A DNA stretch of 64,000 nt from Macrostomum lignano. Taxonomy: Eukaryota. A program made the translations under genes and the position numbers. How positions within the stretch are numbered: position 1 is the stretch's first letter; every line of letters begins with the position of its first letter. Under the pieces are notes generated by a model that did not search any database, was not told the origin of the DNA, and saw nothing but the letters and a program-made list of their open reading frames with translations. Of the stretch, positions 1-13,100 are shown one piece after another. The stretch is taken from the NCBI GenBank assembly GCA_002269645.1, contig NIVC01000326.1, forward strand, positions 248,001-312,000, read 5' to 3'.

Positions 1-999
1 GCCGGCCGGCCTAACGGCGAGGCCGACGTGGACTTTGGCAGCGCTCAGGAAGCTGAGGAGGCGATGAAGCGGGACAAGGCCCATATCGGGTCGCGCTACA
101 TCGACCTGTTCCTGCACCCCGACAAGGCTGATGCGGCTAAACGGCAGAACGGCGTGCGGCTGCGCGGCCTTCCCGACGGCGTCACTGAGGCCGACATTAA
201 GCAATTCTTCCAGCCCAGCGTGCCGGCCAGGATCTGCCTGCAGGCCGGCGGCGAGGCCGAGGCCTTCTTTGACAGCGCCGAGGACCAGCAGCGGGCGATC
301 ACTCTCAGTGGCGAGAAAATCGGTGAGATTGATGAAGATACCGGTTTGGGGAGACTGGATGGGAGATAAGGATAATTGGGGAGACTGGATGGGAAATGGG
401 ATGATTGGGGACTGGAAAAGATGGGGGTAATTGGGGAGACTAAAGGGGAGATGAGGATAAATGAAAAACTGTGGGGAGATGGGGAGACTGTGTGGGAGAT
501 AAGGATAATTGGGGAGACTGGGTGGGAGATGAGGATAATTGGGGAGACTGGGTGGGAGATGAGGATAATTGGGGAGACTGGGTGGGAGATAAGGATAATT
601 GGGGAGACTGGGTGGGAGATAAGGATAATTGGGGAGACTGGGTGGGAGATGAGGATAATTGGGGAGACTGGGTAGGAGATAAGGATAATTGGGGAGACTG
701 GGTGGGAGATAAGGATAATTGGGGAGACTGGGTAGGAGATAAGGATAATTGGGGAGACTGGGTGGGAGATGAGGATAATTGGGGAGACTGGGTGGGAGAT
801 GAGGATAATTGGGGAGACTGGGTGGGAGATGGGGATAATTGGGAAGACTGGAGGGGAGATAGGGATAATTAGGTAGACTGGAGGGGAGATGAGGATAATT
901 GGGGAGACTGAGCGAAGGATAATTGGGGAGACTCACAGCTGCAGCCGCCGCCCCACCGCAATTCCAGGCGAGCGCTGCATCAATGTCTTCCTGCGGTGA
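1..999 (+). CDS. 3' end of hnRNP F/H / GRSF1-like quasi-RRM RNA-binding protein (5' part outside window)
   Basis: Exon <1-322 (GEADVDF..HIGSRYIDLF; VRLRGLP..DIKQFF) ends G|GTGAG. Exon 968-999 (after TTCCAG) gives IGERCINVFLR*, a second qRRM IGxRYIxxF motif. Phases match and there is an AATAAA near 1244. The CG|GTGAG at 995 could alternatively be a donor. Confidence 0.85.
372..930. repeat. 30-bp intronic minisatellite (GGAGATGAGGATAATTGGGGAGACTGGGTG)
   Basis: Tandem units visible inside intron 323-967. Confidence 0.95.
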
Positions 1000-2297
1000 G
1001 CTGCCAGCCAGCTCAGTGCGTGCTCATTTCCCCGTTTAGTTTTTGTACCAGATTTAGCGCAGACGCCCCTTCTCTCTGCCTCCGCCCCGGCTCTCTTCAT
1101 CACATTTCTTTTCAGGCAAGATTATTTATATGTGTATATTTATAACACTATTCTCGTTAGTAGGAACCCGAATCAAATTACTAATTTCATTATTGCGGTA
1201 TCAATTTCCCACTTTGTTTATAAATGATAACCATTCGGGCCCCAATAAATAGTTGAATGCGTAAAACCTGTGCTCGCTGAAGCCCAGAGCTGCCGTTCTA
1301 TCTGTATATTTCTACCTGCCACTGTTGCTAACCGAACTTGATGCGCTGCATTTCCCAGTCACTCCATTGCCGCCTCCAACAAAGCTGTTTGTTTCATCAA
1401 CTGCTGGTTAATTGATTGGTTTTCATTTGCAGACTAATAACACTGGCATCATTTTGTTATAATTGACGCGTATGTTTAAAATTAATAGGGTAAAAAAGCT
1501 GTGTACTAATCATCAGCTGTCTAATTATGAATTTGTCTAAAGTGCAACATGTACCTGCAAATGCTTGCGTTGAAAATTCTGTATCATAATAAAATATCTG
1601 AGCAAATGTGCTGCCGTGTTCATTCATTAACTTTTTCTTACGGCACCACTGTGTCTGAATGCGGCCCCATTCCTCACTGCTCAGGCCAGGCCCCGACCGC
1701 CCGGATCTCTGTACGCCCCGTCTGGATTAGCGAATTTGCTTTGTCAATAATTTTTTTCTCCTTGCTATTTCCTGTTCATTAAAGCGAATTCAATACTAAC
1801 TCTATATATACTACTGTTAGTAAGTTTACTAGCTTGGGATTCCCGTGTGTTTCTCTTATTTTCATTTTGTTAATATGTATGCGTGCGTCAGTAGTCTGTA
1901 TGGGATATTTATTCAGCCGCGACGCTCTGCTAGAAAGCTTCTCTACATTATTGCATCTGGTTGATAAGCCCAATGCTGCCCGCCTTTGTTTGTCTGGGCC
2001 CTTTTTATACAGTAATTAACCCTATTTAGTGCACTTTTGTATTGCTATAATATAGTAAGCAGATGCTCGGTATGATTTTTTGGCCCCTCCCAGTGTTGCT
2101 CTGTACTAAACTATGGCAAGTCCCCAGGCAAAAATAGCACTGAAAATTAATTAACAGTGAATAAAACAAAACTATCAATTAATTACTTAATTAGCGAATA
2201 CACATAAACTGCCGGCAGCACTGCATTCTGCCTGTCACCTCTTTTTTGTGACAAATCTGTGAATTTGGCTTCGTTATTGATTTATGCTTGTCATCGG

Positions 2298-2850
2298 ATA
2301 TTATCCCCACAGCCAGAGATTTTCCCCACAGCCAAAGATTATCCCCACAGCCAAAGATTATCCCCACAGCCAGAGATTATTCCCACAGCTAGAGATTATC
2401 CCCACAGCCAGTGATTATCCCCACAGCCAGAGATTATCCCCAAGGTCAAGAGATTATCCCCACAGCCAGAGATTATCCCCACAGCCAGTGATTATCCCCA
2501 CGGTCAAGAGATTATCCTCACAGCCAGAGATTATCCCCACAGCCAGTGATTATCCGCACAGCCAGAGATTATCCCCACAGCTATAGATTATCCCCACAGC
2601 CAGAGATTATCCCCACAGCTATAGATTATCCCCACAGCCAGAGATTATCCCCACAGCCAGAGATTATCCCCAAGGTCAAGAGATTATCCCCACAGCCAGA
2701 GATTATCTCAACAGCCAGGTAATATCCCCACAGCTAGAGATTATCCCCAAGGTCAAGAGATTATCCCCACAGCCAGTGATTATCCCAACAGCCAGAGATT
2801 ATCCCCACAGCCAGTGATTATCCCAACAGCCAGAGATTATCCCCACAGCC
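2298..2850. repeat. ~19-bp minisatellite (AGAGATTATCCCCACAGCC) directly upstream of TBC1D24
   Basis: Tandem units visible. Confidence 0.95.
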
Positions 2851-2889
2851 AGTGATTATGGACAGCCGCCACCTCCGCACCGCAGCCAC

Positions 2890-4529
2890 ATGTCCAGCAC
2901 GCAAGGCGGCGGCACAGGCGAGTTCTTGGACCAATCAGCGCTCCGAGCTGCCTGTCAGCGAGCCGCAGTGGCAGCCAACACTGGCGGCGGCGCGGCAGCC
3001 GCTCCACTTCCCGCTGACGCTTCGGACTCCGAGCAGCAGCAGTCGGCAGCCGCGGCGGAATCGGCGGCGGCTTTGAAGCGGCTGGCCAGGTCGCAGCAGC
3101 GGCCGGCACTGGCCAACTTGGCCGCCAGGCGAGCTCTCTGGCGAAAGCTGATCGCTGCGTCTGGTGAGGGGCACATGATCCCATGGTTGCTAAGGCGAAC
3201 TGGTGTTGATCCCATGGTTGCTAAGGCGAACTGGTGTCGATCCCATGGTTGCTAAGGCGAACTGGTGTCGATCACATGGTTGCTAATGAGGACTGATATC
3301 GATCCCACGGTTGCTAAGGGGGACCGGTATCGATCCCATGGTTGCTAAGGGGAACCGGTATCAATCCCATGGTTGCTAAGGGGAACCGGTATTGATCCCA
3401 TGGTTGCTAAGGGGAACCGGTATCGATCCCACGGTTGCTAAGGTGGGCCGGTATCGATCACATGGTTGCCAAGGGAGACCAGTATCGATCCCATGGTCGC
3501 TAAGTGGAACCGGTATCGATCACATGGTCGCTATAGAGAGCGGGTATCAATTTTTATAGTTGTCAAAGGGAAGTTTCGGTTTCAATGGTTGCTATAGAAC
3601 AGAGAAGGTCATAGTTATAGTTGCTATGTAGCATCGATATCGATGCCATGGTGCTAGGGGAAACCGATACGAATTACATGTCATGGTTACTATAAAGTAG
3701 TGAACAGTTTCTACTCAATGGAAAGGATCTCAAACAATGGCACCCCACCTGCAGGCTCCGAACCCGCGCCCCAGTGCGCAGTGGCCGAAGGCGTCGAGTG
3801 GCCCTCCTGGTGCCTGGCCGACTATCGCCACTTCTACTGCCTGAACCCGGCCGGCCAGGCCGCCCTCAACCGCATCTGCCGCCGCCTGACCCTCTGCCGG
3901 CACGACCTGTTCGCCCCCTGCCTGCTGCCCATCGGAGCCCTGCTGCTGCACTGCCTGACTGAGGCGGAGACCCTCGCCTGCCTTCATTCCCTGCTGGGAA
4001 AGTGAGTTTCAGATGATCCCCTATGTGATCCCCAATGCAGATCTGTGATCCCCAATGCAGATCTGTGATACCCAATGCAGATCTGTGATCCCCTAGATCA
4101 AGCTCGCATGACCGCAAGCTAGTAGCTAGCAGTAGTATTTCAGCATGTGTGCTGCAACGCTCAGCAGCTCATGTCCCGTCCGCTGGCCCGCAGGGAGGAC
4201 CGCGGTCTGTGGCGACTGCCAGACAGCCTGCTTCGCTACGCCAAGTGCGAGCGCCTTCTCGAGCACCTGGTCGGCCGGTTCGCCATCAAGTTCAGCCGCT
4301 CTTTGCCCACCTTTCCCAACTATACCGATCACCTGCGCCGCTGGTTTCAGTACCTGTGGCGAATGCCCATCGACTTCCTGCTGCCTCTGATTGACAGCTT
4401 CCTGGTTGAGGGATTCAAGGTGCCAGATTGCTGATTTATGTTCTGGGACACACGGATGGATGAATAGATCGATAGATAGATCGATAGATCGATAGATAGA
4501 TAGATAGATAGTTAGATAGATAGATAGAC

Positions 4530-4582
<53 letters not shown>

Positions 4583-4732
4583 CATAGATAGATAGATAGA
4601 TAGATACATAGATAGATAGATAGATAGATAGACAGATAGATAGACAGATAGATAGGTACATAGATAGATAGATAGATACACAGATACATAGATAGATAGA
4701 TAGATAGATAGATACATAGATACATAGATAGT

Positions 4733-4767
<35 letters not shown>

Positions 4768-4872
4768 GTAGATAGATAGATAGATAGTTAGATAGATGGA
4801 TAGATAGTTAGATAGATAGATAGATAGATAGGTAGATAGGTAGAGAGATAGATAGATAGATAGTTAGATAGT

Positions 4873-4911
<39 letters not shown>

Positions 4912-4912
4912 T

Positions 4913-4955
<43 letters not shown>

Positions 4956-7049
4956 GCAGACAGGCAGACAGACAGGTTGGACATTCCAAACGCTCCCTTT
5001 TCAGGTGCTGGTCCGCGCCGGCCTGGCGCTGTGCCGCCTGTCCTTCAAGAAGCGAATCCGCCAGCGCTCCTCGTCCGGCTCTGCCGCCCTGGCCGGCCTG
5101 GACGACAGCCTGGGGGCGACGCTGAGTGAAACAGCGCAGGGCCTGGGCGTGTACGTGTCGGTGGAGCAGTTCACGAGGGCCATGTTCCAGATCCGCAACC
5201 TGCAGTCCGCCGACGTGGTGACCGCCGCCAACGCCGTGCCCAACCAGACACTGCTGGCCGAGCTGCCGACTGGACTTCGCGCGGCCAGGTGAGGAAGGCT
5301 TGTGGCGCGATGCTCTGGTGTTCAATGCAATAATTGATTTTCGGGTTTTCGGCTGATTGCTGTTTTTGTACGTAACAAATTCCTAGTTTCTGACACAAAT
5401 TCCTAGGACCTGACAAATCTATAGGATCTGACACGAAGTTCTAGAACCTGACAGAAATCTATAGGATCTGACACGAATTCCTAGGACCTGACACAAATCT
5501 ATAGGATCTGACACGAATTCCTAGGACCTGACAGAAATCTATAGGATCTTACACGAATTCCTAGAACCTGACAGAAATCTATAGGATCTTACACGAATTC
5601 CTAGAACCTGACAGAAATCTATAGGATCTGACACGAATTCCTAGGACCTGACAGAAATCTATAGAATCTGACACGAATTCCTAGGACCTGACAGAAATCT
5701 ATAGAATCTGACACGAATTCCTAGGACCTGACAAAAATCTATATGATCTGACACGAAGTCCTAGGGCCTGATACGAATCTAAAGGATCTGACACGAATTC
5801 CTAGAACCTGACACGAATCTTTAGGACCCTATAAATAGCTCGTACAGACCTACACAGAGGCAAAGGTTATTGAGATTATTTAATCGCCCATCCGCAGGAG
5901 CGCCACAGACGACTGGCTTCTCTGCCTTCCCCTGAGCAGCCCCAGCGCCCTGCTAACTGAGAAGCAGCTGCGCCAGTTGCTGCGCCACGTGCCGGCCCGT
6001 CACGCCATCAAGCCGCTGGCCTCGCTGTTCTCCACAGCCTCGGCCGGCTTCAACTTGCAGACGCTGTACTCAGCCGCCGGCAAGAACTCTCCGCTGCTCC
6101 TGCTTGTGAGAAGCGGCTCCGTTAGCGGCACTTTCGGCGCCTACCTGTGCACCGCCCTGAGCGATAGGGAGCAGCACCCGGCCGCCTTCTTCGGCACCGG
6201 CGAGACTTTCTTGTTCACCACAGTGGGAGAGCGAGACGGAGATGTCCGAGTTTACACCTGGGTGGGGCATCGGCAACAGGTGATGCTTCTGGTCATTCTG
6301 ACCGGCCTTTAATCTGCTAGGGTTGCTATAGCACCTGCCTGCATTGGGTAGCGATGTAGGACTAAGGTCCTGTCTGATGACGTGTCTGTAGGACTGAGTA
6401 CCTGTCTAATGACGTGTCTGTAGGACTGAGGACCTGTCTGATGACGTGTCTGTAGAACTGAGGACCTATCTGATGACGTGTCTGTAGAACTGAGGACCTA
6501 TCTGATGACATGTCTGTAGGACTGAGGACCTGTCTGATGACGTGTCTGTAGGACTGAGGACCTGTCTGATGACGTGTCTGTAGGACTGAGGACCTGTCTG
6601 ATGACGTGTCTGTAGGACTGAGGACCTGTCTGTAGGACTGAGGACCTGTCTGTAGGACTGAGGACCTGTCTGTAGGACTGAGGACCTGTCTGTAGGACTG
6701 AGGACCTGTCTGTAGGACTGAGGACCTGTCTGTAGGACTGAGTACCTTTTCAGGGGCTCAGTGGAGACCGCGAATCGCATTCATCTAACAAACTCAGAAT
6801 TCATCCTGCCAGCAGCAACAGCAACAACAGCAGCAGCATACGGAGGCCTTGTTCATCATGGCGGAGCCGAACTCGCTGGTGATTGGCGGTGGCGGCGGCG
6901 GCTTCGGTCTCAGCCTCAACCGCGAACTGAGCGAAGGCTTCAGCCAGCGCTGCGCCACGTTCGACTCTCAGCCGCTGCTGCCGGGTGCTGAGTGTCGATT
7001 CGCTGTGCAGGCTGTGGAGCTGCTGGGCTTTGATGAGCGAGGCGACTGA
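2890..7049 (+). CDS. TBC1D24: TBC1 domain family member 24-like (TBC + TLDc), ~554 aa
   Basis: Phase-consistent GT-AG exons 2890-3163, 3755-4001, 4194-4419, 5005-5288, 5898-6279, 6798-7049 (1665 nt). Motifs YCLNPAG, DSFLVEGFKVLVRAGLAL (cf. DVFLVEGYKVLYRVALA), FFGTGETFLF and LVIGGGGGG..CATFDSQPL..VQAVELLGF. Confidence 0.9.
3175..3545. repeat. 31-bp minisatellite in TBC1D24 intron 1
   Basis: Unit GATCCCATGGTTGCTAAGGGGAACCGGTATC. Confidence 0.9.
4462..4955. repeat. (GATA)n microsatellite in TBC1D24 intron 3
   Basis: About 490 bp of GATA units. Confidence 0.98.
5385..5830. repeat. 20/40-bp minisatellite in TBC1D24 intron 4
   Basis: Alternating CTGACACGAATTCCTAGGAC and CTGACAGAAATCTATAGGAT units. 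Confidence 0.9.
6350..6745. repeat. 30-bp then 20-bp minisatellite in TBC1D24 intron 5
   Basis: GTCTGTAGGACTGAGGACCT with or without GTCTGATGAC. Confidence 0.9.
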
Positions 7050-7069
7050 ACTGCTGGCTGTAACTGGTA

Positions 7070-8175
7070 GGCCTGTCATTTCCTGTTCCTTCAGGCCTGT
7101 CATTTCCTGTTCCTTCAGACCTGTTATTTCCTGTTCCTTCAGACATGTCATTTCCTGTTCCCTCAGGCCTGTCATTTCCTGTTCCTTCAGGCCTGTCATT
7201 TCCTGTTCCCTCAGGCCTGTCATTTCCTGTTCCCTCAGGCCTGTCATTTCCTGTTCCTTCAGACATGTCATTTCCTGTTCCTTCAGACCTGTTATTTCCT
7301 GTTCCTTCAGACCTGTCATTTCCTGTTCCTTCAGGCCTGTCATTTCCTGTTCCTTCAGGCCTGTTATTTCCTGTTCCTTCAGACCTGTTATTTCCTGTTC
7401 CTTCAGGCCTGTCATTTCATGTTCCTTTAGGCCTGTCATTTCCTGTTCCTTCAAGCCTGTTATTTCCTGTTCCTTCAGGCCTGTCATTTCCTGTTCCTTC
7501 AGACATGTCATTTCCTGTTCCTTCAGGCCTGTCATTTCCTGTTCCTTCAGGCCTGTTATTTCCTGTTCCTTCAGACATGTCATTTCCTGTTCCTTCAGGC
7601 CTGTCATTTCCTGTTCCTTCAGGCCTGTTATTTCCTGTTCCTTCAGGCCTGTCATTTCCTGTTCCTTCAGGCCTGTTATTTCCTGTTCCTTCAGGCCTGT
7701 TATTTCCTGTTCCTTCAGGCCTGTCATTTCCTGTTCCTTCAGGCCTGTCATTTCCTGTTCCTTCAGGCCTGTTATTTCCTGTTCCTTCAGACATGTCATT
7801 TCCTGTTCCTTCAGACATGTTATTTCCTGTTCCTTCAGGTCTGTCATTTCCTGTTCCTTCAAGCCTGTCATTTCCTGTTCCTTCAGGCCTGTCATTTCCT
7901 GTTCAGGCCTGTCATTTCCTGTTCAGGCCTGTCATTTCCTGTTCCTTCAGGCCTGTCATTTCCTGTTCCTTCAGGCCTGTCATTTCCTGTTCCTTCAGAC
8001 ATGTCATTTCCTGTTCCTTCAGACCTGTCATTTCCTGTTCAGGCCTGTCATTTCCTGTTCCTTCAGGCCTGTCATTTCCTGTTCTTTCAGGCCTGTCATT
8101 TCCTGTTCCTTCAGGCCTGTCATTTCCTGTTCCTTCAGGCCTGTCATTTCCTGTTCCTTCAGGCCTGTCATTTCC
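7070..8175. repeat. 24-bp minisatellite after the TBC1D24 stop
   Basis: CCTGTCATTTCCTGTTCCTTCAGG, roughly 45 copies. Confidence 0.95.
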
Positions 8176-9049
8176 AATAGCAAATAAGTCATCCCATACT
8201 GAAATTTCACTTGCAGAAGCCAAAACCTGGAACCAATGAGGCGGCAAGGTCGCTCCGAAGACTTTTGCAGCAATTCTTCGCCAGAGCCGCCCAGTCGCTC
8301 TCGCAGTTCACATGCGCAATATATTCTACTAGCAACTTTTAACCATAAGTAGAAATTATTTTCATTGCTTTGTTTATTTCCCGTCGTAACCAATGCTTTG
8401 CAGGCGTACGCACTGTGCATAATGCCTAGTCATCAGAAGTTTCTTTTCAATTGGAAATATCTACCTAACTTGCCATGCTCTGCAAGTTTTAGCTCTATAT
8501 ATATCCCAAACAGAGATGAAATTCTCTTCTTACTACTGCCAGTAGAGCAATTCTCGCTTTGCAAAGCCTGTGTTAGGTTAAAAGTAGTTTAGCGGCTTAT
8601 TGTTTATGATTTATTGATTATTCGCTGGAAGGAGAATTTTTTACTTGCATTGCTACTCTCGCTGCTCCACTTAGCAGTTTTATCGCAGATGTTGGTAATT
8701 CGCGTTTTTCATTATCGCTGCACCATTTTTATGTAAAAGTATGAGCTGCTTTACATTTCGGACCTTTTAATTACAATTCCTAGTTCATTTAGCGCACCTG
8801 GCGTCTCAGTCTGTCAAGCTATGCATAATATATACATACTTGTTCCCTGAAATTTTGTTAATTATATCTTATCGAATCTGTCCGATGTTTTATTGTTATT
8901 CTTATCGATTTTTTGTTTATTAGCTTCGCTATTTAATCGCCTCGAGTATTGGTCCTGTTGGGTCACACTGCGCTTATAGTCTGTAATAAACGATCATTGT
9001 AAAACGACTGCGCATCATCTGCCTTTGACTTCCGTGTTTTCTAAACTCA

Positions 9050-10035
9050 CTCTTTTGCTAGCCAAACCCTGTCCAATGTACACTCACTGCTAGCCAACCC
9101 TTGTCCAATGTACACTCACTGCTAGCCAAACCCTGTCCAATGTACACTCACTGCTAGCCAACCCCTGTCCAATGTACACTCACTGCTAGCCAACCCCTGT
9201 CCAATGTACACTCACTGCTAGCCAACCCCTGTCTAATGTACACTCACTGCTAGCCAAACCCTGTCCAATGTACACTCACTGCTAGCCAACCCCTGTCCAA
9301 TGTACACTCACTGCTAGCCAACCCCTGTCCAATGTACACTCACTGCTAGCCAACCCCTGTCCAATGTACACTCAGTGCAAGCCAGCCAATGTACACTCAG
9401 TGAGATCCAGCCCTATGTACATCCACTGCGACCCAACCCCAACCAATGTACAGTCAGCACAAGCCAGCCTAATGTACACTCAGTGCAATCCAGCTAATGT
9501 ACACTCAGCACAAGCCAGCACAATTTACAGTCAGCACAATCCAGCCAATGTACACTCACTGCTAGCCAACCCCTGTCCAATGTACACTCACTGCTAGCCA
9601 ACCCCTGTCCAATGTACACTCACTGCTAGCCAACCTCTGTCCAATTTACACTCACTGCTAGCCAACCCCCTGTTCAATGTACACTCACTGCTAGCCAACC
9701 CCCTGTCCAATGTACACTCACTGCTAGCCAACCCCTGTCCAATGTAGACTTACTGCTAGCCAACCCCTGTCCAATGTACACTCAGTGCAAGCCAGCCAAT
9801 GTACACTCAGTGAGATCCAGCCCTATGTACACCCACTGCGACCCAACCCCAACCAATGTACAGTCAGCACAAGCCAACCTAATGTACACTCAGTGCAATC
9901 CAGCTAATGTACACTCAGCACAAGCCAGCACAATTTACATTCAGCACAATCCAGCCAATGTACACTCACTGCTAGCCAACCCAATGTACACTCAGTGCAA
10001 GCCAGCCAGATGTACAGTCAGCACAATCCAGCCAA
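9050..10035. repeat. 31-32-bp minisatellite (CCAATGTACACTCACTGCTAGCCAACCCCTGT) upstream of CerS copy 1
   Basis: Tandem units. Related arrays lie at 15484-16175 and 21623-22315. Confidence 0.95.
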
Positions 10036-10122
10036 CACTCCCAGTTTCAGCGCCCCGGAGCCCCGCAAAGAATCGGGTGAACAGACTGCGCCAGACTTGC
10101 CGCCGCCCCCAAACCCGATAGC

Positions 10123-13100
10123 ATGGACGCCCTGCTGAGCGAGGAGATGTGGCTGCCAGCCAACATCAGCTGGGCTCGCCTATACGCCTCCAGACCTGAC
10201 GGCCGGCTGACGCCGCGGCCAGTTCACCTGACAATGTCGCTGGCGTGCGGCCTGGCGTTCTGCCTACTGCGCTACCTGGTTGAGACCTTCCTGCTGTTCC
10301 CCTGGGCAGGCGCTGGGGCCTCGCCGATGCACCGAAGGATGCCTTCAGGCCGGTGACGCCAAACAAGCGACTTGACGCCGTTTTTAGACTGAACCGGCGG
10401 CCGACAGTCGATCAGATGTCGGCTCTGTCCGGCGAGCTGGGCTGGTCGGACAAATCGGTCGCTAACTGGTTTCGGAGGAAGCGAAATCAGCTGAAGTCTT
10501 CCACGCTGAGGAAGTTTGTGGAGAGCGCGTGGTTCTTCCTGCACTACAGCTGCATTCTGGTGTATGGCTTCGCCGTTCTCGTTGGTGCGTTTGGGGCCTG
10601 ATCTGCCCCCGATTTATGTACTGTTGCACTATTTACAAGAGAAGGAAATGCAATTTTTCATTGGTCAAAACTGGATGCGGCTGAATTTTTCTGCCAACTA
10701 TTGTTCATTAATAAAGAAATATTGGTGTGTAGTTCGGAATAAGCTGCTTGGCGAGTCGATGCCGCCAACTGAGGCGCTTCATTGCAATGCACCAGCTAAA
10801 GGCACCTCCTTGTCAATCATAGGGAAGCAAATACTGAATCGAATGCTTACATGGCATCAGTCTTGGTCATGAAGTAGTTGGTGCTGGAGGCATGACTTGA
10901 TTGTAAGCAAGGAACATGTTTTCGTTGCCTCACTTCGTCTGTAAACTTGATTAAGGCCGATCGTGATGTTCTCGATTTCATGCTGTACAGAGTCCAGGTG
11001 CTGCGACAGCCTTGAGTCCGGGGGTCAAGGTTGCAAAAGCCCATTGTGCATGTACTTTCCGAGCTGGGTATAATTTTTTACTTGACGCGTCGGTAGCAGT
11101 CTCAGTAAAGCGCTTGTATCTGCCGATAGCTTTTTTATCAACTTGCAGCTGACGTTTATTAACATAAAATATTTATTGGCGTCGATTCAGTCAGAACTAA
11201 GACACTTTCCTCCGTTTTCATTTCACCTATAGTTGGTGTGTAGAAAGAGTTCAAAATCATGAGATGGGTCTTCCATTTTGTAAGCTTTGGCAACAAAATA
11301 ATATATTTGTCTCTTGTTCAAACAGCAAACGTTTATCTTGGCTTTGAACTACGATTCCTAATGCATTCGGGCTGTAATCTCATCTTTCTGGGCATTGAGT
11401 AATCTCAGAAATCGCAATAAACCGTATCCATCGAGCCAAATAGACCCGTACATCAAAGATAAACAACGTCCTATCGATCAATCCATCGTTCATTGCTACC
11501 TCTGACATCCAAGCGTTCTACGAGCGTATGTCCGGTACTTCAAGCAGGTTTCACAATGCACTTTTCCGGCAACCTCTGCTTGCTCAGTGTGAAAATCTGA
11601 TTCTAAACGTTCTTTCACGCAACGCATTGCACTGAAGCTGCTTTGCGTCTCCCAGTACACTGTTGAACGCGAATTCGCGATGCCATTGTTATGCCCTTGA
11701 TAGAAGTATTAGACTCTCAAAGAGTTTTTTGCGCTCACCGTTACTCCGTCTGGCATACGAGAAGCAGGCTCGGCCATAAGTGTAACAGTGAAATCAACTG
11801 AATTCCACTTTGCTGTGAGAATCAAAAACTCCGTCTGGCACACGAGAAGCAGGCTCGGCCATAAGTGTAACAGTGAAATCAACTGAATTCCACTTTGCTG
11901 TGAGAATCAAAAACTCCGTCTGGCACACGAGAAGCAGGCTCGGCCATAAGTGTAACAGTGAAATCAACTGAATTCCACTTTGCTGTGAGAATCAAAAACT
12001 CCGTCTGGCACACGAGAAGCAGGCTCGGCCAAAAGTGTAACAGTGAAATCAATTGAATTCCACTGCTGTGAGAATCAAAAACTCCGTCTGGCACACGAGA
12101 AGCAGGCTCGGCCATAAGTGTAACAGTGAAATCAACTGAATTCCACTTTGCTGTGAGAATCAAAAACTCCGTCTGGCACACGAGAAGCAGGCTCGGCCAT
12201 AAGTGTAACAGTGAAATCAACTGAATTCCACTTTGCTGTGAGAATCAAAAACTCCGTCTGGCACACGAGAAGCAGGCTCGGCCATAGGTGTAACAGTGAA
12301 ATCAACTGAATTCCACTTTGCTGTGAGAATCAAAAACTCCGTCTGGCACACGAGAAGCAGGCTCGGCCATAAGTGTAACAGTGAAATCAACTGAATTCCA
12401 CTTTGCTGTGAGAATCAAAAACTCCGTCTGGCACACGAGAAGCAGGCTCGGCCATAAGTGTAACAGTGAAATCAACTGAATTCCACTTTGCTGTGAGAAT
12501 CAAAAACTCCGTCTGGCACACGAGAAGCAGGCTCGGCCATAGGTGTAACAGTGAAATCAACTGAATTCCACTTTGCTGTGAGAATCAAAAACTCCGTCTA
12601 ACACACGAGAAGCAGGCTCGGCCATAGGTGTAACAGTGAAATCAACTGAATTCCACTTTGCTGTGAGAATCAAAAACTCCGTCTAACACACGAGAAGCAG
12701 GCTCGGCCATAGGTGTAACAGTGAAATCAACTGAATTCCACTTTGCTGTGAGAATCAAAAACTCCGTCTAACACACGAGAAGCAGGCTCGGCCAAAAGTG
12801 TAACAGTGAAATCAATTGAATTCCACTGCTGTGAGAATCAAGAAACGCCACCACCCAGCACATCTATTTCCTTGGGACACTGAAATCTCCCCCTGACCTT
12901 GATATCTCCCTCTCTACGCAGGCAAGGACTACTTCTGGGATGCCCGGTACTGCTGGATTGGCTGGCCGGACCAAGCAGTGGACGCAGACATCTACTGGTA
13001 TTACATGATCTCCCTGGGCTACTACTGGTCCGCCATGTACTACATTTTCACCGACGTCAAGCACAAGGATTTTGCGGAGATGCTGATCCATCACGTGGTC

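Noticed and set aside
4144-4193. TBC1D24 exon 3 starting at the TTTCAG at 4143
   Set aside because: Phase 0 does not match the phase-2 donor at 4002; the acceptor at 4193 matches and gives TBC1D24-like spacing
6801-8247. Long ORFs of 364-400 aa (EQEMTGLK, FRPVISCS, SFPVPSGL repeats)
   Set aside because: Products of a 24-bp minisatellite that is open in several frames on both strands; no non-repeat coding context
10353-10584. Stand-alone homeobox gene
   Set aside because: The WFRRKRN segment is the Hox-like domain that is part of metazoan ceramide synthases and splices in phase to the TLC exon
11743-12840. 85-bp tandem array as a CRISPR array
   Set aside because: Units are contiguous with no unique spacers, there are no cas genes, and the array lies in a spliceosomal intron
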